Shown here: in pieces, positions 13,331-26,964 of the stretch
Numbering within the stretch: position 1 is the first letter of the stretch
Layout: the number at the start of each line of letters is the position of its first letter
Position numbers and translations under genes: made by a program
Notes under the pieces: model-generated
Seen by the model: only the letters and a program-made list of their open reading frames with translations
Databases searched by the model: none
What the model was told of the DNA's origin: nothing
Assembly: GCF_036321535.1 (NCBI RefSeq)
Contig: NC_087436.1
Location: 81,346,001-81,410,000 of the forward strand
Reading direction: 5' to 3'
Length of the DNA stretch: 64,000 nt
Origin: Camelus dromedarius
Taxonomy: Eukaryota

Positions 13331-13399
13331 CTTCAACTTCCCTGAACTACAGTCTGTCTCCTTAGCTCAGAGTGGTTGGTATTTGCTCAAAGCTTCTAT

Positions 13400-14590
13400 T
13401 CCTTTTGAACTGATTGTCTCTTTTATTTCAAGTTGCCATAATTCCTTTAAAAAACTTGTAGGTATCGAATTATACTCCACTTGCTGAGACGAAGTCACAC
13501 CCATGTATCTCTTTACGTCAGGCCTTTCCATGTGCTGTCCATGAGTTGGTGTGTTGTTAAGCAATCTTAAGATGCTTCTAAATCCTTCTGAAATGGTGAG
13601 AGAATCTGTGAGGTGCTACCTGAAGTCTTTCAGAGGTTTTAACAAGGGGTTTCACAGTCACATCCAACATAAAGGTACATGAAGGTCTCTACCTTTGGGT
13701 CATGTTTCATGGACAGCACCTGGATTTTATCCTGGCTCTATGGCCATTTCTTGCTTTAAGAATCCTTTACCACCTGGAGCTACTGTCCTGAGGCCACTGG
13801 AGGTTCTCTCAACTCTTCAAAGTTGAACAGTTCCTTCTTTAGCCTCACCAGGATCATTTGTTGTGTTCCGAGTTACTGCAGCTAATAGTGTAGCTAATTT
13901 TTTCACCACTGCTTGATAAGCATTTACTTCTCTCTAGCCTCTAAGAGCAACTTTCTCATCGCTCTTCCAGCTCTTACTAATAGTTTCCTCACTGACTGTC
14001 CAGAATCTGCCTGGTTCCAAAGCCAATACCATGTATGTCAGATTTTACTGTAGCGGCATCAAATTTCTGGTGTCAATTATCTGTTGCTGCACAGCAAACC
14101 ACTCCAAACTTTTTTTCATTTTTCCGATTCTGCAATTGGATGTTGCTCGACAGGGACACCTTGCCCCTGTTCTGCGTGGTGTTGGTCGCCGCAGTCTAGT
14201 GCAGCCGCAGTGTCCTACAGCCTCCTTCCGAGTCTGGTGCCTAAGCTGGGCCAGCTGAACCGGCCGAGGGCTGGTTGGCCTCTCTCTTTCTCTTTGCAGT
14301 CTTATATGCCTTCAGGACTTGTCTCTTCAGCCAATTGCTAGAACTCTTTACACAGTGTTTCAAGACTCACAGACAATAAGCGTGGAAACTGCGAGGCTTA
14401 TTAAGGGCTGGGCTTAAGGGCGAGGCTCAGAACTGGCACAATATCACGTCCACTGAATGCTGTTGGTCAAAAGTAAGTCATAAGGCCAGCTTAAATTAAA
14501 AGGGACTAAAAATTGACTCCTTGATGAAAGAGTGGCATGTAAGTATAGAATGGGACAAACTATCGACAGTCACCTTTGGAGATGATCTGT
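13400..14590 (-). mobile_element. MaLR internal segment plus MLT1H-like LTR (LTR about 14078-14590)
   Basis: Int/LTR junction ttctggtgtcaattatctgttgctgcacagcaaaccactccaaac; LTR end ggtcaaaagtaagtcataaggccagc...ctttggagatgatct. Confidence 0.6.
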
Positions 14591-14591
14591 C

Positions 14592-15122
14592 TCATTCATT
14601 CATCTTTAGGAGTGTTTACTGTGTCTTAGACATTGTTCTAGATGAAAAAAGACAAGGTTCACTTCTTCCGGCGTTTGCATTAGTAGTGGTGGGCAGATAA
14701 ACAACAGTCAGTACAAGAATAATTTCATAGAGTGATTAGGATGATGTGCTAATGTATTAGTGGGTGAAGGAGTGGCGACACACATCTTCCTGAGGCTATA
14801 GTGTGTGTGTGTGAATAACAGGAAGTTTGCCAAACCTAAGACATGGGAGAGGCTCCGTGCAGGTAGCACAGCAGGTACAAAGGCCTTGGGACAGGCTCAG
14901 CTCAGCTTGTTTGAAGAACGTAAAGAAGGCCGTTGTGGCTGGAATACAATGAACCATGAGTACAGTCCCGGGAGATGTGGTGAAGGAGGTTGATCCTGTA
15001 GAGCCCTGTAGGTTATAGTAAGAAATTTTGTTTTTATTCTGAGTGAAATGGAAATCCATTGAAGGATATTTCACAAGCAAATGGAATAATTTTATTTACA
15101 GATTAAATAGAAAAGGTCACTC
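14592..15122 (-). mobile_element. L2 fragment
   Basis: cattcattcatc...tttactgtgtcttagacattgttctag...tttattctgagtgaaatggaaatccattgaagg...aaaaggtcactc. Confidence 0.7.
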
Positions 15123-16432
15123 TGTGAGGGAAAACTAACATTTTCTATTACTTCAGCCACAGAACACTCCTGACACCAAATGTGTGCGTTTCCCACAAAA
15201 GCAATCTCTAATTTTTGATGGACACCCATTGAGTGTCCTATGATTTAATCAGTTCTGGCACTAACTGCCCAGAGTTAGTGCAGACCCCACAGGTTTTGGG
15301 CTCACTTCTACAAGACTGTCCCCTCTCTCACTTCAAGCACCAATCACAAGTCCCAGGTTGTCACCTGTATTTCTAACCAACCAGCTATAAATCAGAGGTT
15401 CCTTGAGTTCAGTCTTTTGCTAAAACAGCTCATAGAACTCAGGAAAACAGTTCAGTTACTAGATTACTGGATTCCTACAAAAGGATACAATTCAGGAACA
15501 GCCAGATGAAAGAGATGCATAGGGCAGGTATGGGGAAGGGCACAGAGCTTCCATCCCTCATCTTATGTGCTACCCTCCTAACCTAGAAGCTTTTTGCATC
15601 CCTTCAGTGAGGAAATTTTTATGAAAGCTTTATTACACAGGCATGTAACATTGGTTAAATCCCTGGTCATTGGTGATTGTGCTGAATCTCCAGCCCCTCT
15701 TCCCCTCCCCCACCCAGACTGAAGGTGGGGCTGAAGTCCAGCCATGTAATGCTGTGATTATTTCCTCCTCCATCATCACCCTTCACCCCTCCCACCCCGC
15801 ATCATCTTTAGGGGCTTTCTCAAAGTCACTTCGTTAACATAAACTCCTGTGTGGTTCCAAGAGGCTTGTTGTGAATAATAAAGACTTTCCTTTCACCTTT
15901 CTTGTTCCAAAATTAAAAAGATATTTCTGTTACTCTTTTTTTTTTTTTTACTGTTTTTTATTGAAGTATAGTCAGTTTACAATATTGTGTCAATTTCTGG
16001 TGTGCAGCACAATGCTTCAGTCATACATAAATATACATATATCATTTTCATATTCTTGTTCACCATAAGCTACTACAAGACATCGAATATACATATATTC
16101 ATTTTCATAGTCCTTTTCACCATAAGCTACTACAAGGTATCGAATATAGTTCCCTGTGCTATACAGTATAAACTTGTGTATCAGATTTGTGGAGAATTTT
16201 GTCTCTTGAAGAGGCAATGTTCTGTCAAAGTTCAGCAGGTGCTCTGAGCGGCTGGGTGGGTCCGTGGATGTCAGTCTTGGTGTACTCGTGGGAGAAGGTG
16301 AGCTATGAGCGTCCTTCTGCTCCACCATCTTGGCCACTCTCCTCTATTATTCTTATCATTTAAGAAATTACAAGGTTTTTAGGAGCTCTGACCTGGAGCT
16401 AGAGATGAAAACTAAAATATATCACAGTATCA
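15123..16432 (-). mobile_element. MER21-like ERVL solo LTR interrupted by an L1-derived insert
   Basis: TG...CA termini flanked by CACTC/AACTC; tgacaccaaatgtgtg...gagttagtgcagaccccacagg...ggaacagccagatgaaagagatgcatagggc matches MER21. Confidence 0.75.
15938..16342 (-). mobile_element. Bipartite L1 derivative: 5'UTR start fused to 3'UTR end with poly(A)
   Basis: Minus strand starts GGAGAGTGGCCAAGATGGTGGAG and joins the L1 3'UTR near 16177. TSD TCTGTTACTCTT (15926-15937) / TCTATTATTCTT (16343-16354). Confidence 0.8.
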
Positions 16433-18699
16433 AACTCTGGTGATCTGAATATGCTTGTTTTGATAAATAGTCAAGCTTGAGTCTCTCAGTCTTAGAGAAG
16501 CACATACGCAAATTACAGGATTCTGCTGATTTAAAGAAAAAAGAATTCCCAGATCCATGGACAGTGAAATAAGAAGGCAAGAGTAACATATTTGGGGCCA
16601 AATGTAATTGTAAACTACACTGCTAGGGAATAAATGATCCATAATTTCCCAAGGAGAGTGAGGTGATTTTCAGAAATGCATCCAAGTGGGGTGTTCTGCC
16701 CCACCTGCTTTTTGAGTCAGTTGGCTAAGTTTAAAATTTTGCATGACCAGGTCCTCACTCAGGTTTCAACTTGGGGATATGAAGATAAACTGCCTGGGAA
16801 CATTTGCTAGTTCAAGTTAATCTCACCCATGTTCACCATCAAAATGATTTTTAAAAGAATCTATTAAAAAGTACAGATTGGGCATAGTGTTTGGACTAGC
16901 TATTAGGATATAAAGCAAAGTACAGAAATTTTTCTTTGTGAAATATGTTAAAGAGTAAGAATGAATAAATATTTTCCCTTGTTTATTCTAATAAAGCTTA
17001 TGTGTTATTTAAGAGATTTAGCTTTCATCTTTGTATTTATTAAAGTCTGGAAAGAAATTCTTACAGGAATTCTGCAAAGATAATCTCTAATTTTAATTAA
17101 TTTAATTTAAGACCACGTATTATTGTAGCTCTAATGCTAAGCCCTAAAATTTGAATTTTAAAGTAAACTTTTTAATAACATTTTAGAATTATAAAAGTAT
17201 AAAGTGTTATTAAAATTTAATGTAAATATTATTAAAACCATATTTTAAGGTATAACATTTTGTATATAATTTAGAACATAGACAACTAGAAGAAGGAAAG
17301 ATAAACATTTCAAAATTAAACATCCAGAAAGTTCTTGCTATATATATAAGTAAGTAGATATGTAGAGACTTAAATATATTGATATATCCAAATACATTTA
17401 TGTATACATACAAATATTGGAATTGCATAGTTTTTTACATCTTGCTTTTTCTTGTTAACATTATATCGGTCATAAACAACTTCCCATGTCACTGAGTTGT
17501 TTTCGCAATCCTGATTTCAAGGAGAATATAATAATTCATTATATTGTTATATAGGATTTATTTAACTCTGCTTCTGTTCTTTTCAGTGTTTGCCTACATC
17601 AGTCCTATGCTGATGAGTGTCTGAATTCATAAATCAGCCTGTGCTTTTGAAGCTATGAATCTGCTTGGAAGTTCATGTTTCATATTTGATTGAGAAGAAA
17701 TATTTTATCTTAGGGGAGAGAAAAAAAGACAGTTTGAGAAAAAGAAATTTGGAGCACACGCTACTTGAATTTAGAGAGATTGCAGGTGCACGTGCTGGCT
17801 TTTATGAAACCATGCACTTCCTGCTCTTCCTTAATAATAGCAAATGCTGTTTTCCCAGTGCTGAGGTTCGAGTTTGATTTTCACGTATGCGTGACTTACT
17901 GTTCCTACAGTTAGAGGACGCATTCCCACAGACTCCTTGACCAAAGTGAATTTTGTGAGAAAGGTCATTATCACTGACCTGAAAAAATTTGTACTTAATA
18001 AGTTTATGTCAGCTGTAACAAACAACAGATGTCGGAGTTCCTAACCATTCATTTCTTCATTATTTCTGTTTTGAAGTGAAAACAAATGAAAATATAACAT
18101 TTTATATTAAATTTCCCACTTTGATGGGACAAAAGTTAAATACAAAATGTGTAAAGTGAGATTGGAAGCCAAGTATTATTTCGTTTCCAAAGCTCTCCAG
18201 ATGGCATCAGCTGTTCGGATACAGTTTGGAAGAGCCGGGAAGGTAGGGTGAAAAATGGCCACGTGGGTGTCACCACCCACACGTTAATTGCTCAGCAACA
18301 AAAGAACTATGCACTTACAACCCAGCGTTCAAGAGCAAGGGCTGTGGCTGGAGAAGCCAGTGGTTTTGCACTCTGTGTCCAAGAATCCCATAAAACAGCT
18401 GCTGTCCGAGGTACCCCAGCTGCCCTCCCTTCCTCTGAGCTCGTTCTGCCCTTGTCCCTCCTCCTCTTCTCTCATTGTGCTTATTTTGTACTTGTTTTGG
18501 TGACTGACTTAGAATCACTAACAAACTGCAAGTCTACAGGGATAAAATGAAAAAACAACTCTAAAATTTTGGAGACAGAAAAGCCAGATGCATATTTTAA
18601 TTTTACCCTCTGGGGAGCAATACAGCTTTGAGCATGACTGGTCTGAGTTATAGAAGGTGAACCTGAAAGGCGGAGCACTGCAGAGACAGTAGAGAGTCT

Positions 18700-18875
18700 C
18701 AAACATTAGTTTGTATAAGAATGGCCCAGAGAGAGATCTCAAGATTCAGATGCCTGGACCCCACTGACTCTCATTCTGATTTAAAGGGTTGGAGGATACC
18801 TAGGAATCAGCATTTCAAGCAAATCCCCATGTAATTCTTATATGCATGGTGCTCTGACCATAGCCTTGGAAATAG
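18700..18875. mobile_element. MER5A-like hAT-Charlie MITE
   Basis: cagatgcctggacccc...attctgattta...aggaatcagcatttcaagcaaatccccatgtaattcttatatgca. Confidence 0.6.
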
Positions 18876-21019
18876 TAACCAGACTATGGGCTGCAGGAGT
18901 GTGGGTTAAAGGGAAACTGCTCATTTGAAGTGATGTGCCTCGGTTTTCTCATATATGAAATGGGGAAATAAATCAATCTCCTGGCATTATTGGAAGCAGC
19001 ACATTAGTTCTGACTGGGCCAAGCATGTCTTTCACTACTCTGAAAGATAAATCACTTTCTAGGGTATACAGTTTATGTGTGAAATATACAATTTCCCATC
19101 TGCTAAAATGAGTCTGAAACTTTAGAATGGCTTGAAAAGTACATCCCTGCACCTTTATCTTTTGATCCATGGAAAAACTCAAACACTGGGGAGTTTGATA
19201 GCACACTATGGGTATAGAGCTTTTGTATCATAGTGTAAATAAAAGATCGGGTTGATGGAGGAAAGTGAAGAAAGGAAGTGATAGCTTGAAGGCATGTGAC
19301 TAGGTAAAGGGTTGGAAGAGCAAAGGACAGACTCCCAGGTGCTTGTCTAACGCATGCTCTGAATGTGTAAGTAGCAAACTGGCTACCTGTTTCCAGCAAC
19401 GTAAATGATCCTCTGAAGTGCAGATAGGGCCTAGCCCTCAAAAGTCCTGAGCAACTAGATATTTAGCCATGGTAACTCTTAATGTTCCTATTTTTGATGC
19501 AATTCTTAGATGTTATGATGGCTTGACAAGATTGATAACCATCATCTTAGAGTACTTCTCAAACTTCCGTCATTTACATAGGACCACCATGATTTTAGCC
19601 ATCGTTGTAAAACACCTGTACTTGGCTTACTGATATTTTTCTTTAAACTTTTTCACTGTTTTTTAAAACAATTTTGTTGTGAAAGGAACTTGATATTATT
19701 TTTAGTTGAAAACCAGCACCACTTGCCATAAATACAAGGTTGATATGCATAAATGCAACGACAGCAAAGCATGTTATTAAATGGCATCTGAACACAGCTG
19801 CTTTGGGAAGACTCTGACCCTTGGAATCTCTGTTTATCTGATGAAAATGGGGATTGGCAGGTGCTAGTACCACTTGAGCACTTCTCTCATCCCCAGCTGG
19901 GGCTTCCTACTTGATATAATCGGGAGGATTGGAAGGCAGTGGAAAATGGACTAGTGCTCCTACTGTGTAATAGGATGTAATGTTCTTCCCGTGTGGCACC
20001 GGACTTGGGACAGCCCACAGTCTGGGAAATAGTCAGATCACTCTTCAATAGGACTGACAGGCCTACTTCCCTGAATGCTTGGCTTCTTATCTAATTTGAA
20101 CAATGGGTGTAACTTGCAAGGGTTCCATGAAACCCTCTTGTAAACATATCAAGGTCTGAAAAATTAATAAGCTTTAAAGGCAAATATTTCATATGTGCAA
20201 AGCACTCATCCGAATGGATGCATACTAAATATTTCATGTAGGACAGGTTGTTAGCTAGACATCTGTCATGTTCCATTGTGCTCACTCTCTTGGTGATGTA
20301 TCTAAAGAGCTTGTACATCTGAAGCTGGGGACATGAATTTCACTTCCCTTTCAATTTAGCTTTGAATAAATTTGAGCTTACTTCCCTGAAACCTGATTGA
20401 GTGATGAATAAAAATAGCCAATTAACCAAGAAGCTTCCCAGTATGTGGCATATCTATCCATTGACATTTGTGTACTTATTTGCAAGGAAGCAGTGTAGGA
20501 TGAGTTTAGGCTTTGAGGAGAGACAGGTACCATTTACTACCTATGTTAAAAGTCTGAGACTAGTTACTTAACTTCTCCAAACTCCTAGTTTCCTCATATG
20601 TAAAATGGAAATTATGCTTAACCTCCCCAGAGTTGTAGTTATGCACTTAAAAATAAAGCAAAATGGAACAAAAACACCAGGAGTAAATGGTACAATGTGA
20701 ATAAGACACTTAGCACACTTATTGTCATTGCTAGTATCATGATGTCAATGAGGATGAGTTTAACATTTTATATAAGAAAAAGTGATATGCTTGAATCTAT
20801 GTAGTACAGAAGCTAGTGCTTAATCGTAAAATCTTCAGTGTTTTAATTCAGGATGTCTTCATTTCTTTTTTGAAATCTCCATAGCAATTCCTACTGAAAG
20901 AAATAAGATGTCTGTAAGGTTTTACGTTCTAAAAGTGTGTTTTTGTGTGTCTTATAAGTAAATATACTTGCATGAGCTTGGTGAAAGGACATCCCTTTGA
21001 GATATATATTTTCTGAAAT

Positions 21020-21770
21020 AAACTTACTGAGTCATGTTGTACATACCATGCAATTCATCCATTTCAAGGGTACAATTCAATGATTTTTAACAAATTTACC
21101 AAGTTATGCAACCATTGCCATGTATTAGTTTTAGAACATTTCATCACTCAAATAGCATCTCCAGTGCCATTTACCGTTATTCTCAGCGGTAACCTCCTCA
21201 GGCAACCACTAACATACTTTCTGTCTCTATAGATTTCTCCCTTTTCTGAACACTTTGTAAAAATAGAATTATTCAGTATATGGTTTCTTGTATCAGCTTT
21301 ATTTACTTAGTACAATACTTTTGAGGTTTGTCCACGTGTCAACGTGTATTAGTAGTTTGCTGCTTTGGATTGATGAATAGAACTTCACTTTGTGGATATA
21401 CTGGAGTTTGTTCACTCATCACTTGGTAGATATTGCAGTTGTTTCTGATTTTTGGCTTTTACGAATAATGCTGCTGTGAACATGCATGTACAAGTTTTTG
21501 TGTGGTCATAAGTTTTCATTTCTCTTGGGTGTACACTTAGAAGTGGTATTGCTGGGTCATATCTACGTTTAACATTTGAGGAGTTGCCAAACTGTGTCCC
21601 CAATTGGTTGCAACATTTTATATTTCTACCAGCAATCTATGTATTCCAGTTTTTTCTCCTAGCCATTCTAGTGGGTGTGAAATGGTATCTCGTTGTTGTT
21701 TTAGTCTGCATTTCCTTAATGACTACTGATGTTTTCTATCTTTTTATGTGCTTGTGAGTCATTCATACAT
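21020..21770 (-). mobile_element. L1MB-like 3' region
   Basis: gggtacaattcaatgattttt...caggcaaccactaacatactttctgtctctatagattt...gctgctgtgaacatgcatgtacaagtttttgtgtgg. ORF 21412..21603 is an ORF2 C-terminal remnant (YDPAIPLL). Confidence 0.85.
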
Positions 21771-24700
21771 TAGGAGGCATATAGTTTTTAAATGTTTGAT
21801 TTTTTTCTGGTTATCTTGATAATTTATTATGAGGAAATTGTTGAAAAATTGCTAAAAAAAAAAAAGCAGCAATAATATTCTGGGAATATCCAGGATTGAA
21901 GTGAACTTCTGTGATATCACAAGAACAGGCATAGACGTACTCATGAGGCTCTCATTGTGGGCAACACATTTAAAACTCTGACTTCATAAAGGAAAACTCT
22001 ACACAGATAACTAGAGTATGAGCTCAAAGTAAAGAATTTTCTGACTCTTGAGCACCTTTCCTAACCCTAGCACCTAGAAAAACGTCTGACACGATGCAGG
22101 CATTTGATAAATCTTTGTTGAGTAAATGGATACAAGGCGTATATTTTGAACACATTTGTTGGATAAAAGAGTGCAAGTATTTCTGGTGTCTCGGTAAGTA
22201 GGCAATTCATGCGCTTATTTTCATAGATTAGAATTCAGGAAATTTGAAAACTGTTGTGTTTTAAAACAACTTCTCAAATCCTGTTAAAATATCATTTTTG
22301 TCAACTAGAGCAAAACTATTGTTGATAATGTAGAGTCATAATCTTATGAATGGGAACACAATTTCATAAAAGCCACAGCTCTAACTTAAACCAGTACCTC
22401 TGTTTGTTTTGTACTCCAGAAGTGCTCCTGAATACCGATGCATTATACTTTGAAAGTATAACTAGATTTTGATTTATCACAAAACACAAAAATAAAAACA
22501 AAACTCCTAACTTCTTCTCAGTATAATTTTGTTTGCCTCTCTTCCCACTTACACTGACCTTTCTTAAAAATAGTCCAAGTAAGAAACAGCATGAATATAA
22601 TATATAAATGTACATACATGTGGTAGCAAAGTATACTTTCCAACAAGGAGCATGCCAGCAGTTTAATTTGAAATCCACAAAAATATATAACTGGATTCTT
22701 TTAAAACGTTTATCCTTCCCCCCAATATATACATATTAATAAACTGAAATTGTATCATTTAGCTCATAAGTGAAGAATGCTTTTGTGTTGTAATAAGAGA
22801 TGGTTGAAGTGTTCAGAGAAGGAACAAGTTTTGCATAGACCTGAACAGTTTGGGTGTTAATTTGTAGATCCACCTGGATATACTAGAAAATATTTGTGAG
22901 TTAGATAACACTATGAGATAGAGATTCAACAGCGTAAAACTGGGCCTCTATTCTCGTCTCCTTCTTAAGGCACCAAGGTTTTCTTTTCAACCTTATTGAC
23001 TTTATTGGAAGAAAATCACTTTTCTGGCAAAGAATGTTTGTAACCTTTGTGGTTTATCCTAGAATCAGATAATCAGAATTTTCCGAGCTTGTGATGGTTA
23101 CAAAAGGAAGTGGGCAACATGCAAAAGGATCAGTGTTAAAGACACATTAATAATAAAAAAAAAAAGATACATTAAGGAAACTTTGGTTGCTATTTAGTCT
23201 TGATTATCTAGAAAAATTATTTGTGATGTTTAGCTCTGTTTTATTTTTTATTAAAAAATGGAAATATTAAATTACGTATATGGATTTTAAATGCTGTTGG
23301 GGAAATTTTAAATATATTTTTAGCATAAATACACCCCGTCAGCATGAGAACATCAATAATGCTTCTCTGGAAAATTCTTGACTGCATAATCTGAAATCTC
23401 TAGAAAACAATTAATTGTTGAATGTACTATAATGATCACATTTACTTTGTTTTTCGTGAAACTCCATCTGCAGAGTTTAGTAAAGGGAAAAATATGTAGG
23501 CAGACAACATAAAATTGTAAAGCAACTAAATACAGCTGTAACTTCTCTATTTTAGCTAAGTCAAGTTCATTAACTGTTTGCCAAGATTTTGGAGCCCATA
23601 TGAAACTGAAATTACAACCTGTAACACTTGAAGTCCCGGGTACAACTGAAGCAAGAAAGGGCTACGTAATAAGGTCTCAGGTACTTACAAGTACTAATGT
23701 AAAGACATGAAAGCTAGTGGAGAAATGCACACCCTCCATGAAAGAACCCTTCACGTCTGTACATCAGGAGTGAAATGTTAGGAAAGACAGCATATCCCAT
23801 TTTAGCAAGAAATGGAAGATCACCGTTTACATCCAATTAGACAGTTGCATAACCATAGTTTACTTAGAGAATGTGTATTATTCCTCTCAGTTGTCTTTAT
23901 TTCTGAGCCATCCCTGGGGGAAATGTGAGGTCAGCAAGAAGTTCTTAGTCCCCTTCTCTCAAAATACAGTCACATAATCCAGTGAAAAATAAGTACTATT
24001 TGTTAAGTATAATTTGAAGATGTATGTAAATGATTTTTTTTTTGTATTTTTTACTGGGAGTAGTTTCTTTATATCCACCTGAAAACAGGTCGTCTGAATC
24101 GACAACGTCTTCTAATCTTTTTAATCATTCCTGCATTTCCTGGCATATATTTTATACTTCATGAATTTAGGAAGTTACGTTTCACAGAACAGCTAGAGAA
24201 AGTGTTAATGCGTGGATATTACCCCACCATGACTCCCAATCTAGATTAGGAATGCCTGTGTTTATTAAAAATAGCAAACTAACTGCTTCATCCATTGGCA
24301 GCTAGAGATGCTCTGTGGAACCTCAAAGGCTTGAGTTTTCTCTTGAGACAGTTATTAAAAAAAATACAATGAAGATCTGCTAGCACCGAGGAGAGAGAAC
24401 ACAGTCCAACATGTACAATCAAAGACAGCCTTGATTAATTTTCTTCATACCATAAAACCAACTGGATGTTTTTAAAAAACTTTAAAAAGAGCAAAATATA
24501 TCTGTATATGTATGTAGTACCTGTATGTGTGTAGTATGTGTATATATGTATATATAGCATATAGATACACACGCGCACACTTAGAATGTTTGCAGACAGG
24601 CTGTCTATAATCTCTTTAGTATTAGTAATTTTCAAATAATTCCTTAGGTCAATACTTATTCTAAGCAATTATATACATTATTGATATGAATACGATCTTA

Positions 24701-24971
24701 GTTTAATACAAAAATCTTTGTAGCTCTATTGACCACAGATTTAGTTTCTATAGGAAGAGTTTATGGGAAAAACTTTGTTTCATAACATAGATCTTAAGAG
24801 TTTGAACAATATTAGTGTCACTTATAGTACAAGAATGTATCATGTGCATTTGAGTGTTACTTCTAAGTTAAATTTGGAAATGACATTGAACCTTGGGTCC
24901 CAAGTCACCAGGGCCATATTAACTCACTTTTAAAAGTCGTGTTAATTAATTTTGTAACTGACAGCACTTAT

Positions 24972-25250
24972 TTTTAAAAGTAATTAATTTATTTGTATTG
25001 GGCTATAACTGACATATAGCTATGTAAGTTTAAGGTGTACCGTGTGTTGGTTTGTTACATTTATATATTACAGTATGATTGCCATTGTAGGATTGGCTAG
25101 CATCTCTATGAGGTCACATAATTATACTTTCTTTTTTGTAATAAGAACAATAAGATATAACCTCTTAGCAACTTTGCAGTTTATAACACAGTATTATTGA
25201 CTATATTTACTATGCTGTGTATTAGATCTCCGAAACTTATCTACTAGTTA
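24972..25250 (-). mobile_element. L1MA-type 3' end
   Basis: gtaagtttaaggtgtac...cttagcaactttgcagtttataacacagtattattgactatatttactatgctgtgtattagatctcc. Confidence 0.75.
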
Positions 25251-26964
25251 CACCTTAAGGTTTTAGTTAGGTTTTTGTTGTTGTTTTTGGAATTGAATGC
25301 ATATGGATGTACAATGTAGCCTGTTAAAATAGAGTTATACTGATGTAATATTGCTTTAAGGAAATTTTTCTGAATATTTTACATCAAGCCTTTTTTAAGT
25401 ACCTGAATTGCATTAGCCTTTCCACTCCAATGAAATCACCCTGGTGACTATAATGGGAAAGTCAGATTTTATTTTTATTCTTTAGTCTAAATTTTTAATT
25501 TAATTAGACACATTAGAGTGTGGCTATTTATAAAGTGAATCAATGCTCTCAAACATATTAATCCCAACTAATTACATGTCACTTCTAATGACTAGTCTAT
25601 AAAATAAGTCTAATGTATTTCTATGTGATACATATTTATCTGTATATGGTTAAACATTTGCCCTTTGTATTCAAATGTAGTATTCAAAAGCCATAAACAG
25701 GGCATTTTGCTTGTCATTTATATTTATTTGTTACTAATGATTACTACTTGTATGTGTATGTTCAGGGGCCTAGGGTGGGAAGACAGACTTGTAGCAGAAA
25801 GATCAGCAATTAATATGCTGTTACATGATGGAGGTGAGTAATATGAACTTGAACTTGAGCAATGGCAATGAGACTGCTGAGAGACAGAACAAATTCATAA
25901 GGTATGACATCGGAATATATACAGGATTCAGTCATTAGTATTTTTTAAAACTTTCCAAGTAATTCCAACATTCAGATCAGTCTGAGGATCATTAATCATT
26001 GTTAAATTTAGGGTCTCAAGAAAAGCAACATTTAGGTTGACTTCTAGGCTTCTTGCTTGTTCATGTCAATAGTAATGCCAGTCATGGTTGAGGAAATGAT
26101 AAAGGAGGAATAATTTTATTTCAAGGTTTTTGCTGTTGTTGTCCAGCTTTGTATATATGGAGTTCAGAGCATGTATGGAACATCGAAGAAGTCAATGGAA
26201 AGATCTGATGTAGAGATATGCACTTTGTAGTCTCTGCAGAAAGATGATAGTTGAACTCATGGATTTAGCCAGGGCATCTACAGAGAGTCAAGGAAAATAA
26301 CACTTAGAGGCCAGTGGAGGAAGGAAAGCTTGGGAGCTGACTAGTAAGGAAGGATGACCGGAGAAGGAGCAGGTGAGTGAGGTGGCAAAAAACAATGAAA
26401 TGAGAGACTTACACAAGGGAAATGTTTATCAGAAATAGCCAATGGATGAAGTTTTTTTTTTTCAGTTTGGAAATATAGCTACTTTCTATTTGAGGGATCT
26501 GTTGTGTGGAATCACCCAACTCAGACTGCTGAAAGGAATCTCTTCTGCAGGTACACAACAGGGTATCTTGTTACTTTGCGCATCATACACATATAGGTGT
26601 GTGTGTGTGTGCACAACATGTGTGTGTATATGTTGGATTGTCTATCAAACTCTCAATTTTTTTTATGTGATTAGCTGGCTGTGTAAGGGGGGAATCTATA
26701 CACATATCCATGTACACACGTAAGTAATTCTAGAAGTGGGAAAGACAAGATCAGCGTGACACTTTGGTTTAAGCCTGAATAACATCTCCGCACCAACATT
26801 CCTCTCACTTCTCTTCCATCAGGGAACACTGGAGAGAGAAGGATATGAGTAGTTGGTGCCAACGAATGATGGAGTGGAGAGTGGCCAGATTTTAACTTGT
26901 GACCGTTTCACATTAGAACTGCCTCCTTATTTGGAAGGTTTCCACCTCAGATACATGTTCTATA

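Noticed and set aside
16017..16337. 106-aa ORF spanning the mini-L1 junction
   Set aside because: Made of L1 UTR sequence and the internal duplication; no coding signature.
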